The notes under the pieces are model-generated. The model made no database searches. It saw nothing but the letters and a program-made list of their open reading frames with translations, and had not been told where the DNA came from. Shown piece after piece: positions 13,536 through 26,946 of a stretch of DNA of 64,000 nucleotides. Source of the DNA: Cetorhinus maximus (lineage: Eukaryota); contig NC_135910.1 in the NCBI RefSeq assembly GCF_964194155.1, positions 18,538,001 to 18,602,000 on the forward strand. The letters run 5' to 3'. A program made the position numbers and the translations under genes. Each line of letters begins with the position of its first letter. The first letter of the stretch is position 1.

Positions 13536-13750
13536 TAATTGATGATAGAGGAAAACAAAATACTGGTTTCCTAAACTTAGTAACATGTTCTGCGGATATT
13601 TTCTTCCTTTGGTGTCTCCTCACAGGCAAGCCAATTGAGATTAGGATCTTTGTGTATGAAGAATTCCGGGTTCTCCATTCTCAGAAAATGGGCATTTCAA
13701 TCTCCTGTGTTCCCGCATATTTGTCATAACTCCTGTGTAACTCACTTTAG

Positions 13751-13893
13751 GCACATTAACATTGGGACACGGTTCCAGGCAGAGATTCCGCTACTGCAAG
13801 ACAAGTCGTTGGTTGATGATAGTGTTCACCAAGCAGATCTAGTATGGAAACCATGGGAGGACATTGAAACCAATAAAGTCACTCAGGCGAGAG
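13751..13893 (+). CDS. ZNF541: ZNF541-like exon, ELM2 domain start (HINIGTRFQAEIP...LVWKPW)
   Basis: ELM2 signature; ctttag acceptor, G|gtgagt donor. Confidence 0.92.
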
Positions 13894-13939
13894 GTGAGTT
13901 TGCCTATAGGATTGTTCTTTTGGAAATTGGTTGTCTCAG

Positions 13940-15260
13940 TTGGCACAAATAGAGATAAATTATTTAGATTTAATCGCCTTTACAGAGACACGGGGTGGAA
14001 TTTTAAAACCCCTCCCATTGCGGACTTTTGAACAGTTCACCACATTTTCCGACCCCGCGCTCCACTGCGACAGAGGTGTAAAATTCCATCCATGGTCACA
14101 AGGTAATGGATGGGAAATAAATATTCCAGGGAACACAATATTTAGGAAAAACAGACAGAATGGCAAAGGAGGAGGGGTAGCCCTGATAGTAAAGGATGAA
14201 AAGGACATTAATGAGAAAGTATCTGGCTTCAGAAGATCATGAAGTAAAATCAGTATGGGTGAAAGTTAGGAATAGCAAGAGTCAGAAAACACCAGTGGGA
14301 ATAGTTTATAGGCCCCCTGACAGTAGTTATACCATTGGGAGAGCATTAAACAAGAAATGATTAGAGCTTGTAACAAAGGAAATGTAATGACTGTGGAGGA
14401 CTTTAATCTTCATATAGACTGGGACAATCAAATTAGCAAGAGTGGGCTAGAAGATGAGTTCGTGACAGTTTCTTGGAGTGATATGTTGTGAAACCGACTA
14501 GGGATAAAGTTATCTTGGATCTAGTATTGTGTAATGAAGCAGGGTTAATTAGTAATGTCATAGTAAAAGATCCACTGGGAAATAGTGATCATAACACCAT
14601 TGAATTCATGTTAAGTTTGAAAGTGACATTCTCCAATAGCAAACAAAAACCTTAAACTTAAAAAAATTGTCAATTACATAGGTATGAGGGGAGTACTGGC
14701 TAAGGTTAATTGGGTAAATAGACTAACAGGCAAGGGGGTGAATGAACAGTGGGAAACATTTTAAGAAACAATTCAAAATCTTCGACGAAAATACATTCCA
14801 TTGAAAAACAAAAACTCAGCAAGAAAGACCCATCCGTGGCTCACTCAGGAAGTTACGGCTAGTATTAGGTTAAGAGAAGAGGCTTACAATGTTGCCAAAA
14901 ACAGTAGCAAGTTTGAGGATTGGGAGTGTTTTAGAAACCAGCAGAGACACACCAAAAGGTTGATTAAAAAAGGAAAAAATAGAATGAGAGTAAACTAGCC
15001 AGGAATATAAACAGATTGTAAGAGAAGGAAGAGAGTAGCTAAAGTAAACATTGGTCCCTTAAAAACAGAGATAGGAGAAAGTATCATGAGGAAGTAGCAG
15101 AGGCATTGAACAAATATTTTACGTCTGTCTTCACAGTAGAAGACACAAGTTCCAGAAATATACGGTAACCTAGGGACTAAAAAGAGTGAGGAAATTAATA
15201 GCGGCAGAGCAAAACTGGAGGGACTGAAATATGCCAAAGCCCTGGGATCTGATGTAACTA
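13940..15260 (+). mobile_element. CR1-type LINE ORF2 fragment (APE endonuclease region)
   Basis: DLIAFTE, GGGVALIVK, GDFN/SDHN-like remnants, PWLT motif. Confidence 0.85.
13992..14091. mobile_element. About 100-bp MITE nested in the CR1 fragment
   Basis: TIRs GGGTGGAATTTTA...TAAAATTCCATCC interrupt the LINE TE(T)W codons. Confidence 0.65.
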
Positions 15261-15939
15261 GATTACTTGATGCAAATATGAAAACTCTTCCTATCCTGTA
15301 ATGCTCCAGTTCAGAGAGTTTTGATTTCTGATCATGAACTGCTATAAATTATTCTTTTGCAAATAAGTGTGCATTTAAAGAAGCTCTAATAGCTCACATG
15401 ATTTAACAAACTGAAAATTGGTTTATTTATGTTGAGGGAGATCTTAGTGAAATTTTCTTGTAATTTGTAATCTTTGGGAGAAATTTCCATCATCTAATCA
15501 TAATGAATAATAGAACTATGTTATTAAGAAATCTTGCTCCTGTTAGCTTTTCCCCCCATTATTTTTTACCTGTCTGGTTTACGACTGGAAGTCTTGTTTT
15601 TGAGTGGCTCCAAAGGTCTTTTTTTTTTACAACAGATTTTCATTTTCCTCACCTGTTTCTGGATCTGTGGTATTTTCTTGAAATCATGCCTTTTTTGTAC
15701 TAATTTCCATACAAAGGTAATCAGCCTTTGGATGAGGTATAGCATCAATTCTTGCTATGGGTCATTATTCAGTAGAGGGCGTATATACATCGGTGGATGT
15801 TGGAATTGGCACCGTTGATAGAAAATTGGAGTATTTCGGAGGTTGGAGAGCGAGGAAACAACAGACCATGCTACTGCATTTTACTGCTTAAAAAGTAGTT
15901 CCTTACGGTGACTATTTTCTGTAACTTACTTTTCTGCAG

Positions 15940-16043
15940 TGACGGACCTGCTGAACTTAGCTTGTTCAAGTGTGCTGCCTGGAGGAGGTACTAATCTGGA
16001 ACTAGCTCTGCATTGCCTGCATGACACTCAAGGAGACATTTTG
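15940..16043 (+). CDS. ZNF541: ZNF541-like exon, ELM2 ([27 protein letters not shown])
   Basis: ELM2 signature PGGGTNxELALHCL; ctgcag acceptor, TTG|gtaact donor. Confidence 0.92.
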
Positions 16044-16139
16044 GTAACTGGTTATGTTTTTTTTTGAAAGAGCATAGTGCTTGTTCTGAACTTTCATAAT
16101 TGGAGTTTCGTTGCATTTCTTACTCTGCATTAGCTACAC

Positions 16140-18125
16140 TGAGCACCATTTACCGCTACCCTCTGTCTTAAATGCGCAACCCCTTATTTTTAAACAGTGA
16201 CCTAGAGTCTTCGACAAGAGGAAACATCTTCTCCACATTATACCCCATTTGCCAGATCTTTGCCCACTCACTTAACCTATCTATGTCACTTTGTAGCTTC
16301 CTTATGTCCTCTTCACAATTTACTTTCCTACCTATCTTTGTGTCATCAGCAAATTTAGCAATCATTCCTCAGTCCCTTCATCCAAGTAATTTATATAATT
16401 GTAAAACATTGAGGCCCCAGCACTGATCCCTGTGACACACCACTTGTTATATCCTGCCAACCAGAAAAAGACCCATTTATGCTAACTCTCTGCTTCCTGT
16501 TATCTAACCAATCTTTTATCCATGCCAATATGTTACCCCCTACACCATGAGCATTTATTTTCTGCAGTAACCTTTGATGTGGCACGTTATCAAATGCCTT
16601 CTGGAAATCCAAGTACAGTATATCCACCAGTTCCCCTTTATCCACAACACGTGACTCCTTCAAAGAACTCCAATAAATTGGTTAAACATGATTTCCCTTT
16701 CACAAAACCATGTTGACTCTGTCTGATTGCCTTGAATTTTTTGAAGTGTCCTGCTATAACATCTTTAATAATAGCTTCTAACATGTTCCCAATAACAGAT
16801 GTTAGGCTAACTAGACTTTAGTTTCCTGCTTTCTGTCTCCCTCCCTTTTTGAATAAAGGATTTATATTTGCTATTTTCCAATATAATGGAACCTTCCCAG
16901 AATCTAGAGAATTTTGGAAAATTAAAACCAGTGCATCAACTATCTCACTAACCACTCCTTTCAAGACCTTAGTGTGAAGTCCAACTGGACCTGGGGATAA
17001 AAACAAAAAGCTAAAAGCTACTGCGGATGCTGGAAATCCAAAACAAAATAAAAACAGAATTACCTGGAAAAACTCAGCAAGTCTGGCAGCATCGGCGGAG
17101 AAGAAATCAGTCAACGTTTCGAGCCCTCATGGCCCTTCAGCAGAACTGAAGCATAGTTTCAACAAGGGAGAAATATAAATTGGTTTAAGGTGGGTGGGGG
17201 GGAAGAGACACATTGAGGGTGTGGTGTGAGCAGATAATCAAAAGATGTCAGAGACAAAAGGGTCAAAGAGGTGTTGAAGGTGGCGGTCTTTGTCTGAGAA
17301 AAGTGCTAATTAAGAATGCAAGACAGGATATTCAAAGTACAGCTCTAGTGGGGGTGGGGTGGAAGGACTAAAGGTTTTAGTTTTAGATTTAAAAATAATG
17401 GAAATAGGTGGGGAAAGAAGAATCTATATAAATTATTGAAAAAAAAGGCGGGTGGGGGGGGAAAAGAAACGGGGTGGGGATGGGGGGAGGGGGGTTTAAG
17501 ATCTAAAGTTGTTGAATTCAATATTCAGCCCAGAAGGCTGTAAAGTGCCTAGTCGGAAGATGAGGTGCTGTTCCTCCAGTTTGCGTTGGGCTTCACTGGA
17601 ACAATGCAGCAAGCCAAGGACAGACATGTGTCAGTCCACAGCCCCAACAATTTGCTCAATACCACTTCCCTGGTGATTGTAATTTTCCTGAGTTCCTCCC
17701 TCCCTTCCCTCCCTTCCATTCCCTGATTTACAGCTATCTCTGGGATGTTACTTGTGTCCACTAGTGAAGACTGAAGCAAAATACCTGTTTAATTCATCCG
17801 CTAATTCCTTACTTTCCATTATCAATTCCCCAGATGCATTCTCTATAGGACCAACGGTCACTTTATTAACTCTTTTCTTATTTAAATATCTATAGAAACT
17901 CTTATCTTTATATTGTCTTTATATTACTAGCTAGTTTTCTCTCATACTCTAATTTTTCCCTCCCGATTAATCTTTTTGTCATTATTTGCTGTTCTTTATA
18001 TTTTTTCCAATCTTCTGACCTGCCACCTGTCTTTGCGTAATTATATGCTTTTTCTTTAAGTTTGATACTGACTTTTTTAGTTAACCATGGATGGTGGGCT
18101 GTATCCTTGGAACTTTTCTTTCTCA
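16140..18125 (-). mobile_element. CR1-type LINE ORF2 fragment (RT) interrupted by a Penelope fragment
   Basis: YLDFQKAFD, GVSQGSVLGP, KFADDTK motifs. Confidence 0.9.
16998..17630 (-). mobile_element. Penelope-like 3' fragment nested in CR1
   Basis: Homologous to 11805-12430 (GIY-YIG C-terminus plus terminal repeat). Confidence 0.82.
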
Positions 18126-18763
18126 TTGAAATGAGGCCCGATGGAGATTTGAGGTTGAGTGTGAGAGAGTGAGTGGTGATGTCCCTTGAGCTGGCAGTGA
18201 GTGAGATGCCAGTGAAATGTGTGTTGACCTTGTCAGTGTGACTTTAGAGTGATGAGATGATTGCTTAACCCTGGTGGCATGGATGAGATCTATCATCCTT
18301 TTTCTGCACTGGATGGCCAACCTCTTCTGTGCAGCATTGGCACTGACCACCACTGCCACCGCCTCCCAAGCTGTAGGAGAGATTTCTGGACTTCCTGTGG
18401 CCAGAGCAGAGGTGGAGGACATCACGGCGGGCCTCCAAAAGGCATTCCAGTGACTGGTCATTGAATCTTCCTGGCTTTCAGGGCCATGTCTTCACTGGAG
18501 CAGTCCTGAGCTGCAAGCATTGAGAACTGTGCGCGCGTAGCTACAGTTTAGATATGGCACCTGGAATGAGGAAACTGACGTCTCGGCGTGGTGAGTGATT
18601 CAGAGGTTGCTCGCCAGTGAGACAGCATGTTTCCTGTGGCTGCATAATTAATAAGGCGGGAAGCGGACGATATGGCGCAAAATCTACCATTGCGACCGGC
18701 GGGTAAAACTACTTTTTTTCCGCCCGCTACCGCACTTTGTGCAAATCTGGGACGATTCTGCCC
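18125..18763 (-). mobile_element. PIF/Harbinger fragment with Myb/SANT-like ORF remnant
   Basis: AWEAVAVVVSA...RLAIQCRKRMIDL; terminal GATTCTGCCC at 18763. Confidence 0.7.
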
Positions 18764-19422
18764 AGAGTGTAATTAAAAAATACTTTCTTATAAGCACACT
18801 AATAGTATGAAATCAGTAAAGATAGAGGAAGGGCAACTAAGAGTTAAGAGGTTTGAAACAAGTATGTGTTAGGGAAAATAAATCTAGGTGGGTGCATTGG
18901 AATTAGACACAAATGTTATATGTTTATATTCTGTTGCTTGTGCCCTGGCAACACTGGGTATAAGGGATGCCTCTCTCTCCCTGTAGTGCTCCCCTGACTC
19001 CACAATAGTCACAACCCCCACCACCCCGTTGTCCCCTTCTGGCTTTGTTTTCTTGGTTGGGGTGTGTACAATTTGCACAACACTTGAGTTGGGACTGAAA
19101 ACTGGTCTAGACTAATTCCTACCTCAGTTTGCTTAAAATGGCAAGTCATAACTCCTATCCCTGTAAATAAAGCCCCTGCTTCAAGTGTTGCACAGCAAAA
19201 TGTGTGGATTTGGAAGAATTCAGTTGCATTTAGTAATTACAGCATGGAGATAGCACTTACTGTAAAAACGCTTTAGATATTTATATTAAATTTCTTCGTC
19301 TGATATTTAAGATGCATTAAGCTTCTCAAAGTAGCTTGAGAACAATTTGATTCAGATGTTAATACAGTACAACAGTTTCCAGATTTGTCTTACTTCCAGC
19401 TCTTTTTTTTTTGTTTTTCTAG

Positions 19423-19498
19423 GCTGCCCTGGATATGTTACTAATGAAAGGTGTGAGGCGAGACCCTTGTCACCCCCTGGGAGATTACCACTACACTG
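19423..19498 (+). CDS. ZNF541: ZNF541-like exon (AALDMLLMKG...HPLGDYHYT)
   Basis: Long T tract plus ctag acceptor, G|gtaaga donor; ELM2-SANT linker motif. Confidence 0.9.
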
Positions 19499-20155
19499 GT
19501 AAGAACAAAGCCACTTACATAGAAGATAGATTGAACATTCAGGTGGTTTAGTGGGTACAGCATTGAGCTCACAGCCATGGGGTCACACCATTAACTAGTA
19601 TCTAAACCACCCTGATCTTATTGGGCACGTTTAGTTTGCAGTCAGTTATAGTGCTGGATGGTAAGGGAAAGCCCTAAAACTTTGGCTTCAAAATGTCTGT
19701 GTCAATTAATAAATTAGATCAGTACCTGTCAGGAGGGGATGAATATGTAAAACTATCAGCCGGTCTTTTTGAACTGCTTGAGATAAGGAAGAGAGTCCAC
19801 GCGTGGGTAGGAGAGTGAGAAATAAACATTCTTATGTTCAGCACCACACCTCACCCCGCTCCTCCCTTACCTGTCTTCTCCATGTTGGAGTATGATTCAC
19901 AGGCACCATCTAGTATCTCACCTGAATGGTCATCCTTCATGCCTGTGCCTACTTGGTGTCAGCAGGCTGTTCAGCAATGATGGTCAAGGGGCTGAGTTCA
20001 ATCCTGTCCTCATTCGACATCCACATACACCTGTACTTTGCAGCTTGATAGCCAGAAGCTAGCTGATTTTTGTTTTCTCCCTCCCTTCAGCACAAATCAA
20101 GCATCAAACCTGCTGTTTACGGCTGGTTAATTTGCCACTGAGCGCTGAACTAACT

Positions 20156-20713
20156 GAGCAGGATTTTCCGGTTGTCGGGTGGGCCTGGGAGCAGCTGGGA
20201 AACGGCCTGCAGCCCATGGCTGCAAATTCACGTGAGAGGCGCGCTGAGAAGCTCAGTGGGGGCGGGAGGAGGGCGAGCGCAAAAGTCTGCGCATGTGCGG
20301 GGAGCGCATACTGAAAGCTCCCTGAAGGCAAGGGAGCTGAAGAATTTTAAAATCAAGAACAAAGATTTTGAAAACTGAAAAAAATGTCCCCACATAGGAC
20401 TCACTCACAGGAACAGAAATGTAATAAAAATTCTGCCCCAAAATTTTTATTTTTAAAAAATTTAATTGCAGAAACCTCATGCTGCCCGTGGATGAGGTTT
20501 CCTAAAAAATGCAAAGACCGCCTGCCCGATTCGCCCGCTCGCCAACCGTAATGTTGGATGGGCAGCAAAAAAAAAGTTAATTGATTAATGGCATAATAGG
20601 CGCCTTAATCGCCAGCAGGCGCGCTGCCGACTCTTGTGCGTGCCCACCGACCAAAATATCGCGTGCTATTTCACACTCGGGCACACCCGCACACCGAGCG
20701 GAAAATCCTGCCC
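20156..20713. mobile_element. Non-autonomous PIF/Harbinger-like MITE
   Basis: TIRs GAGCAGGATTTTCC...GGAAAATCCTGCCC; same family as 3939-4557 in opposite orientation. Confidence 0.75.
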
Positions 20714-21259
20714 TCTTCTGTATAGGAGAGGAAAAGAATGGGAAGTAAATAAGGTATTATGTGGTAGCAAGGCAGTAGCATCCTGTTTTATTTTAGGGAG
20801 GAGAACGTTTCAATCTGAACAGCCCTCCGCTCCCCCTCATTTTTTCTAAGCAGTTTTCTTCTCTCCTCATTTGAAATGTCACTTTGTGATTCACTATTTC
20901 CTGGTCAAAGTGGCAAACAGACAGTTCGTTCCCCAATTATTGCTAATGCCACTGTGCTGGAGTTCCATTGCGCTGCCAATCCATATCACTGTGTGCTGGA
21001 GCTAGAGTATCTGACCAATATTTATCCCTCAATCAACACAAAAACAGATGATCTGGCCATTAGCACATAGCTGTTTTTGGGAGCTTGCCGTGTGCATACT
21101 GGCTGCTGCGTTTCCTACAACAGTGACCACACTTTAATAGCTGTAACGTAATTTAAGACATCCTACATTCATAAAAGGCACTATAGAAATGCAAGTCTTT
21201 CTATCACTCCATGTCACTGTGTGCTGGTGCTCCATTCATCTACCACTCTATGGCACCTT

Positions 21260-22735
21260 GTGCAGGAGCTCCATTGTCCTGTCAGTCCATGGTGATGTGG
21301 TGCTCCATTGTCCTGTCAGTCCATGGTGATGCGCTGGAGCCCCATTGTCCTGTCAGTCCATGGTGATGCGCTGGAGCCCCATTGTCCTGTCAGTCCATGG
21401 TGATGTGCTGGAGCTCCACTGTCCTGTCAGTCCATGGTGATGCGCTGGAGCTCCATTGTCCTGTCAGTCCATGGTGATGTGCTGGAGCCCCATTGTCCTG
21501 TCAGTCCATGGTGATGTGCAGGAGCTCCATTGTCCTGTCAGTCCATGGTGATGTGCTGGAGCTCCATTGTCCTGTCAGTCCATGGTGATGCGCTGGAGCT
21601 CCATTGTCCTGTCAGTCCATGGTGATGTGCTGGAGCCCCATTGTCCTGTCAGTCCATGGTGATGTGCTGGAGCCCCATTGTCCTGTCAGTCCATGGTGAT
21701 GTGCTGGAGCCCCATTGTCCTGTCAGTCCATGGTGATGTGCTGGAGCTCCATTGTCCTGTCAGTCCATGGTGATGTGCTGGAGATCCATTGTCCTGTCAG
21801 TCCATGGTGATGTGCTGGAGCTCCATTGTCCTGTCAGTCCATGGTGATGTGCTGGAGCTCTATTCTCCTGTCAGTCCATAGAAATGTGCTGAAGCTCCAT
21901 TGTCCTGTCAGTCCATGGTGATGTGGAGCTCCATTGTCCTGTCAAGTCCATAGAAATGTGCTGAAGCTCCATTGTCCTGTCAGTCCATGATGATGTGCTG
22001 GAGCCCCATTGTCCTGTCAGTCCATGGTGATGTACTGGAGCTCCATTGTCCTGTCAGTCCATGGTGATGTGCTGGAGCTCCATTGTCCTGTCAGTCCATG
22101 GTGATGTGCTGGAACCCCATTGTTCTGTTAGTCCATAGAAATGTGCTGGAGCCCCATTGTCCTGTCAGTCCATGGTGATGTGCTGGAGCTCCATTGTCCT
22201 GTCAGTCCATGGTGATGTGCTGGAGCTCCATTGTCCTGTCAGTCCATGGTGATGTGCAGGAGCTCCATTGTCCTGTCAGTCCATGGTGATGTGCTGGAGC
22301 TCCATTGTCCTGTCAGTCCATGGTGATGTGCTGGAGCCCCATTGTCCTGTCAGTCCATGGTGATGTGCTGGAGCCCCATTGTCCTGTCAGTCCATGGTGA
22401 CGTCCTGTCAGTCCATGGTGATGTGCTGGAGCTCCATTGTCCTGTCAGTCCATGGTGATGTGCTGGAGCTCCATTCTCCTGTCAGTCCATAGAAATGTGC
22501 TAAAGCTCCATTGTCCTGTCAGTCCATAGAAATGTGCTGGAGTTCCATTGTCCTGTCAGTCCATGGTGATGTGCTGGTGCCCCATTGTCCTGTTAGTCCA
22601 TGGTGATGTGCTGGAGCCCCATTGTCCTGTCAGTCCATGGTAATGTGCTGGAGCCCCATTGTCCTGTCAGTCCATGGTGATGTGCTGGAGCTCCATTGTC
22701 CTGTCAGTCCATGGCGATGTGGAGCTCCATTGTAC
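21260..22735. repeat. 37-bp minisatellite, about 40 copies
   Basis: Unit GTGCTGGAGCTCCATTGTCCTGTCAGTCCATGGTGAT. Confidence 0.95.
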
Positions 22736-23205
22736 TTTGGTAATGTATGGCAGGCATCACGAAATGAATGAACCCGGAGACCATACACTTTTTTTTTATC
22801 AGGCAGGGTGAGTGGGACAGCTTACTTCTGTCCATTCCTTAAGGCAATCTTTGTCTCATTTCTAAGGGTGATATAGTTTGGTACTAATGTCATTAATAAT
22901 ACCCAATCTGTTACAATGATGATATATATGTATGCCATAAATAAACAGCTAAAAATGAAAAGATGACTTTCAGAAAATTACATGAATAACAGAGGTTAGT
23001 CAGCATCTGAACGAGACTCTTAATTGAACACTTCCTCAGAATGATGAAGAATCTTACTAAAATTTAATGACTTCTTGCCTTTCATATGCCAACTGGCTTG
23101 TAGTGTAGTTCCAGAACTTTCTGTCCCCTTTCCAGACTTTGGACATTAGCAGTTTTTCATTTTATCTACATTTTGAATTCTTCAATATGTATCTTTTGAA
23201 TTTAG

Positions 23206-23294
23206 GTACTGAGAAGTGGACTACTGCAGAGAAAAAGATGTTCAATAAAGCAATTTGCTTTCACAACAAGGATTTCTTTCTCATGCAGAAGATG
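23206..23294 (+). CDS. ZNF541: ZNF541-like exon, SANT domain (EKWTTAEKKMFNKAICFHNKDFFLMQKM)
   Basis: SANT signature; tttag acceptor, ATG|gtaaga donor. Confidence 0.92.
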
Positions 23295-24946
23295 GTAAGA
23301 GATAATCAAATAGCAAAGCCAGTGTATAAAAGGCAGTTAAATGCACAATTCTTCAACATGTCAAAATTGACTCTATATACAATATTGAATTTTTTGGGAG
23401 CAATTCCCACCTTCACTGTGGGCAGTAAACTGACAGAGCAGGGTACCTGTCTGTTGTGGAAGCCGCCCATTTTACTTTCCCCACACTGTCAACCTCCTAG
23501 TTTCCTAGGTTACACTGCTATCTTAATCTCAGTTCCTACTGAAAATTAGAGTCCTGTCCAAAGAAATTTCGATCTTTACAGTTCATAAATGGAGAGGGAG
23601 CTTTCATCCTATTGATCTTAATGAAACTCCAGGTCTCAGAAGAGAGAATCCCATTCTCACTGCATTCCATCGCATTGCCCAGCTCCTGGAAACATTTATC
23701 AGCCGGCACAAACACTGACACCTTATTACTGGTGTGTGATCTATTTATTGTTATATCGCACCATGGAATTGTAAGAGTTTAATGGCAGATGACGCAGTTA
23801 AAACAGCATATTTTGGTTAGCAGCCTGAAGTGGTATCATTGTAAAGTGCAATATTATTCTACCTATAAATGTTTTAAACCATACACCTGGGACACCCTTG
23901 GAAAAACAATCACATTATAGTTTAATCAAGTAATTCGGGCATTATAAAGTTCTATTTCTACAATTTTGGATTGTTGGTTCACTGTTAGAATTCCCTGCAG
24001 TACTCCAGTTTGCTGCTACCACCCAGTGATAAAAGAAAAAGACTGCTGCTGTTAGGATTTTAACTGAAACTGCAAGATGACCTTTAGCCAGTCAACATCC
24101 AAATAATTACTTCACATTTGTGGAACTTGGGTTTGAGTCCAATGCACAGAATGAAAGTGTCTGCACGAAAAACATTTGGATGAAGAAAGCCTTTCAGCTC
24201 ATCCTTCTAACACAAACACCTTCCTATTCCAAGATGTAACTATTCCTTAAATAAATCTTTCCTCCTGGTCTACTAGCTTGAATGAAACGAGTTGGGGACA
24301 GTCCCAGTCCCCTTCCTGTGAGCTCACAGCATACAGTACTATTTTCCACAAAGAGACCATTGCAAGGGCTGATGTCAGTGGAACTATTAGAGGCTGCTGT
24401 TTTTACAACAGAGATAGCTTAATTCTACATCTAAAGGTTTAAAACTGGGAATTTCTAGTTGGGACAGACTCACAGTGAATATCAGGACAGAATGGCTGGT
24501 GAATGTAGGACAGATAAGCCATTGAGGCACCATTACAGAATATTGTTCTTAAAAATTGTGTAATGAAAAGCCACCAGGCCAGAAATCAGACTGTCCAGTT
24601 TAAAATCCTGTATGTGTCCACGCTAATGATACCAGGAAGTGCAAGAACATCCCGCAACCTACTGAACTCAAAACATGTTTCTTTAAAGAGTAAAATATAG
24701 GAATGATTTAAAATTGAATAGGAGGCGGCGGCAGACTTGCTATAGATTATAGGGCTGATTTTACAAATTACTGCTACCATTGGGAACCACACACTCTGTA
24801 CATATTGAGAAATCGCAGGAGTTTTGGATCCAAAATATTGCACAAGTGCATTGCCCCAGGTGAGACTCCCCACTATTAGCACACACTTGGAAAATCATTC
24901 CTGATAGAAAAGGATTATTGCATTCATGGGACCTGCTGTTTTACAG

Positions 24947-25099
24947 ATAAAACACAAGACTGTGGCACAGTGTGTCGAATATTACTACACCTGGAAGAAA
25001 CAGCTAAAATTTGAGTGGAAAAGAACACACTTGCTTGAGGAAGAGGAGATAAAGCATGAGGCAGACAGTCCCGGTGATGGAAAAGAAATAAAAAAGCTG
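24947..25099 (+). CDS. ZNF541: ZNF541-like exon, SANT C-terminus (KTVAQCVEYYYTWKK)
   Basis: SANT signature; ttacag acceptor, CTG|gttaga donor. Confidence 0.92.
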
Positions 25100-25129
25100 G
25101 TTAGAAATGCTGCTGATTATGCTTAGGCC

Positions 25130-26490
25130 AGTGAGGTGATATGCAGGCAAGTAAGGGGAACTCAAGCCCAGCGCAGGGGGAGCCTTGGTCTTTGTCCTTA
25201 TCTGGCAGGTATGAGATTTTTGCTGCCTGTGTGGATGAGGGCAAACTCTGCAGGGTGAATAACAAACTGACCACGGCACTATGGTACAGGAGGCCACTGA
25301 AGTAGGGAAAGTGAAAAAGAATATGGTAGTGGGATAGTTTAGTGAGAGGGGATGGATACTGTTCACTAGTCACGACTAGAAGTTCTGAAGGTTATGTTGC
25401 CTGCCCAGTGTCAGGGTTTAGGACATCTTGACATGGCTGGAAAGGATTGGGGAGGATCCATTTGTCATGGTTCGTGTTGGCACATCAACATAGGGAAGGG
25501 CAGGCAAGTGACTACCAGGAACTAGGAGCTAAATTAAAGAACAGGACCTCAAGCATTTTAATCTCTGGATTACCCAAGCCACCTGTAAATTGGCACAGGG
25601 ATATGATGATTAGTGAGGTAAATGGCTAAAGGAGTGGAGTAGGAAAAAGAAGTTTCCATTTCATGGAATACTGGCACAAGTAGTGGGACAAGGAGGAACT
25701 ATACCATTTGGGCAGGCTCCACCTGAACTGGGCTGAGACTAGGGCCCTAGTCGCCTAGTTGAAAGGTTAAATAGGATGTCAGAAAGGCTTTGATCAAATT
25801 GATCAAAAGGGCGTTTGGAGGGGAGTGGGGCTCAATGGTAGTATAGATAATAGCTCAAAAACAAAAGAAAGGGAAGACAGTAGATTAATTGTCAGAAATT
25901 GAGCTTTAGACGCCACAGATATTGGGAAAAACCAAAAGATTTAAAGAAATTAAACAGGGGTAAAAGAATAAGCAAAGTGTCAGTAAAACATTAGAGCAGA
26001 AGGACAAGAAAGGTTGTGTGGCTCAAATAGGTGTTATTTATCCAAACCCATGGAGTATAAGGAACAAAATGAATGAATTGAGGACACAGATTCAATGTGG
26101 AGGGTATGACATGGTAGCCATTACTAAAGCATAGCTGTAAGACGATCAGGACTGGAAACTAAATTTTACCAGAAAACAGTAGAAGGGAGCAATAGTATTG
26201 AAGTGATTTCGTTCTAAATCACTAATGATATGAGAGGATATAGTGAGAGGTTAAGCAGACTATGGGAACTGCATGAATAGAATTGATAGAAAAGAATAAG
26301 ACTGTAATGGGATTTGTTTATAGACCCCCTGTAGCAAGTGTGAAGTTGTAGGTTGTATAAGTACAGAGATTAGACAAGCATGTAACAAATGCTGAATAGT
26401 TTTACTGGGAGATTTTAACTTTCATATAGATTGGGACAAGCAGACTAGCACCTGTCAGAAAGGTAGTGAATTTGCTGATTGTGTCAGGGA
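25130..26490 (+). mobile_element. Degenerate CR1-type LINE (ORF1 esterase-like end, ORF2 start)
   Basis: VVVGDS-like, CLPxxRV-like and GDFN-like remnants with many frameshifts. Confidence 0.6.
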
Positions 26491-26946
26491 TAGATCTCAG
26501 CTTAGCGCCATTGACCTCTGGATCTTCAAGCCCTACACCAGAGTTTGAGTTTATAAATCAGGCTGAGACTCCAGTGCAGTATTGATGGAGTGCTGCATTG
26601 TCAGAGCTACTGTCCCTTGAATGAGATGCTAAACCTGGGATGTTTTTAAGAGGGCATTAGAAAAGGGAAGATGCACCATCAGTTGAGGCAGAGCATGGTG
26701 AAAATGTGGTTGGGACTACTACCTATGGAGGCAGTGCAAGCAAGTAATGTGAGACCATTAAGAGAGAATTGTTTTGTTTCTAGCGCTGACCAGGTGGACT
26801 GCAGCATTCTTTTCCTGCACTGTCCTATGCTTCTACATAAGAAAGAAGTTCTAGTAACAGCAATAGTAAATATCATTAGTTGTAATATTTTATCAGAAAC
26901 AGTGGGTAAATAATTTCAACTCAGCTTTTTTCACCCCCCCCTCCAG

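Noticed and set aside
21260-22735. CRISPR-like 37-bp periodicity
   Set aside because: Head-to-tail units with no unique spacers, eukaryotic intron, no cas genes
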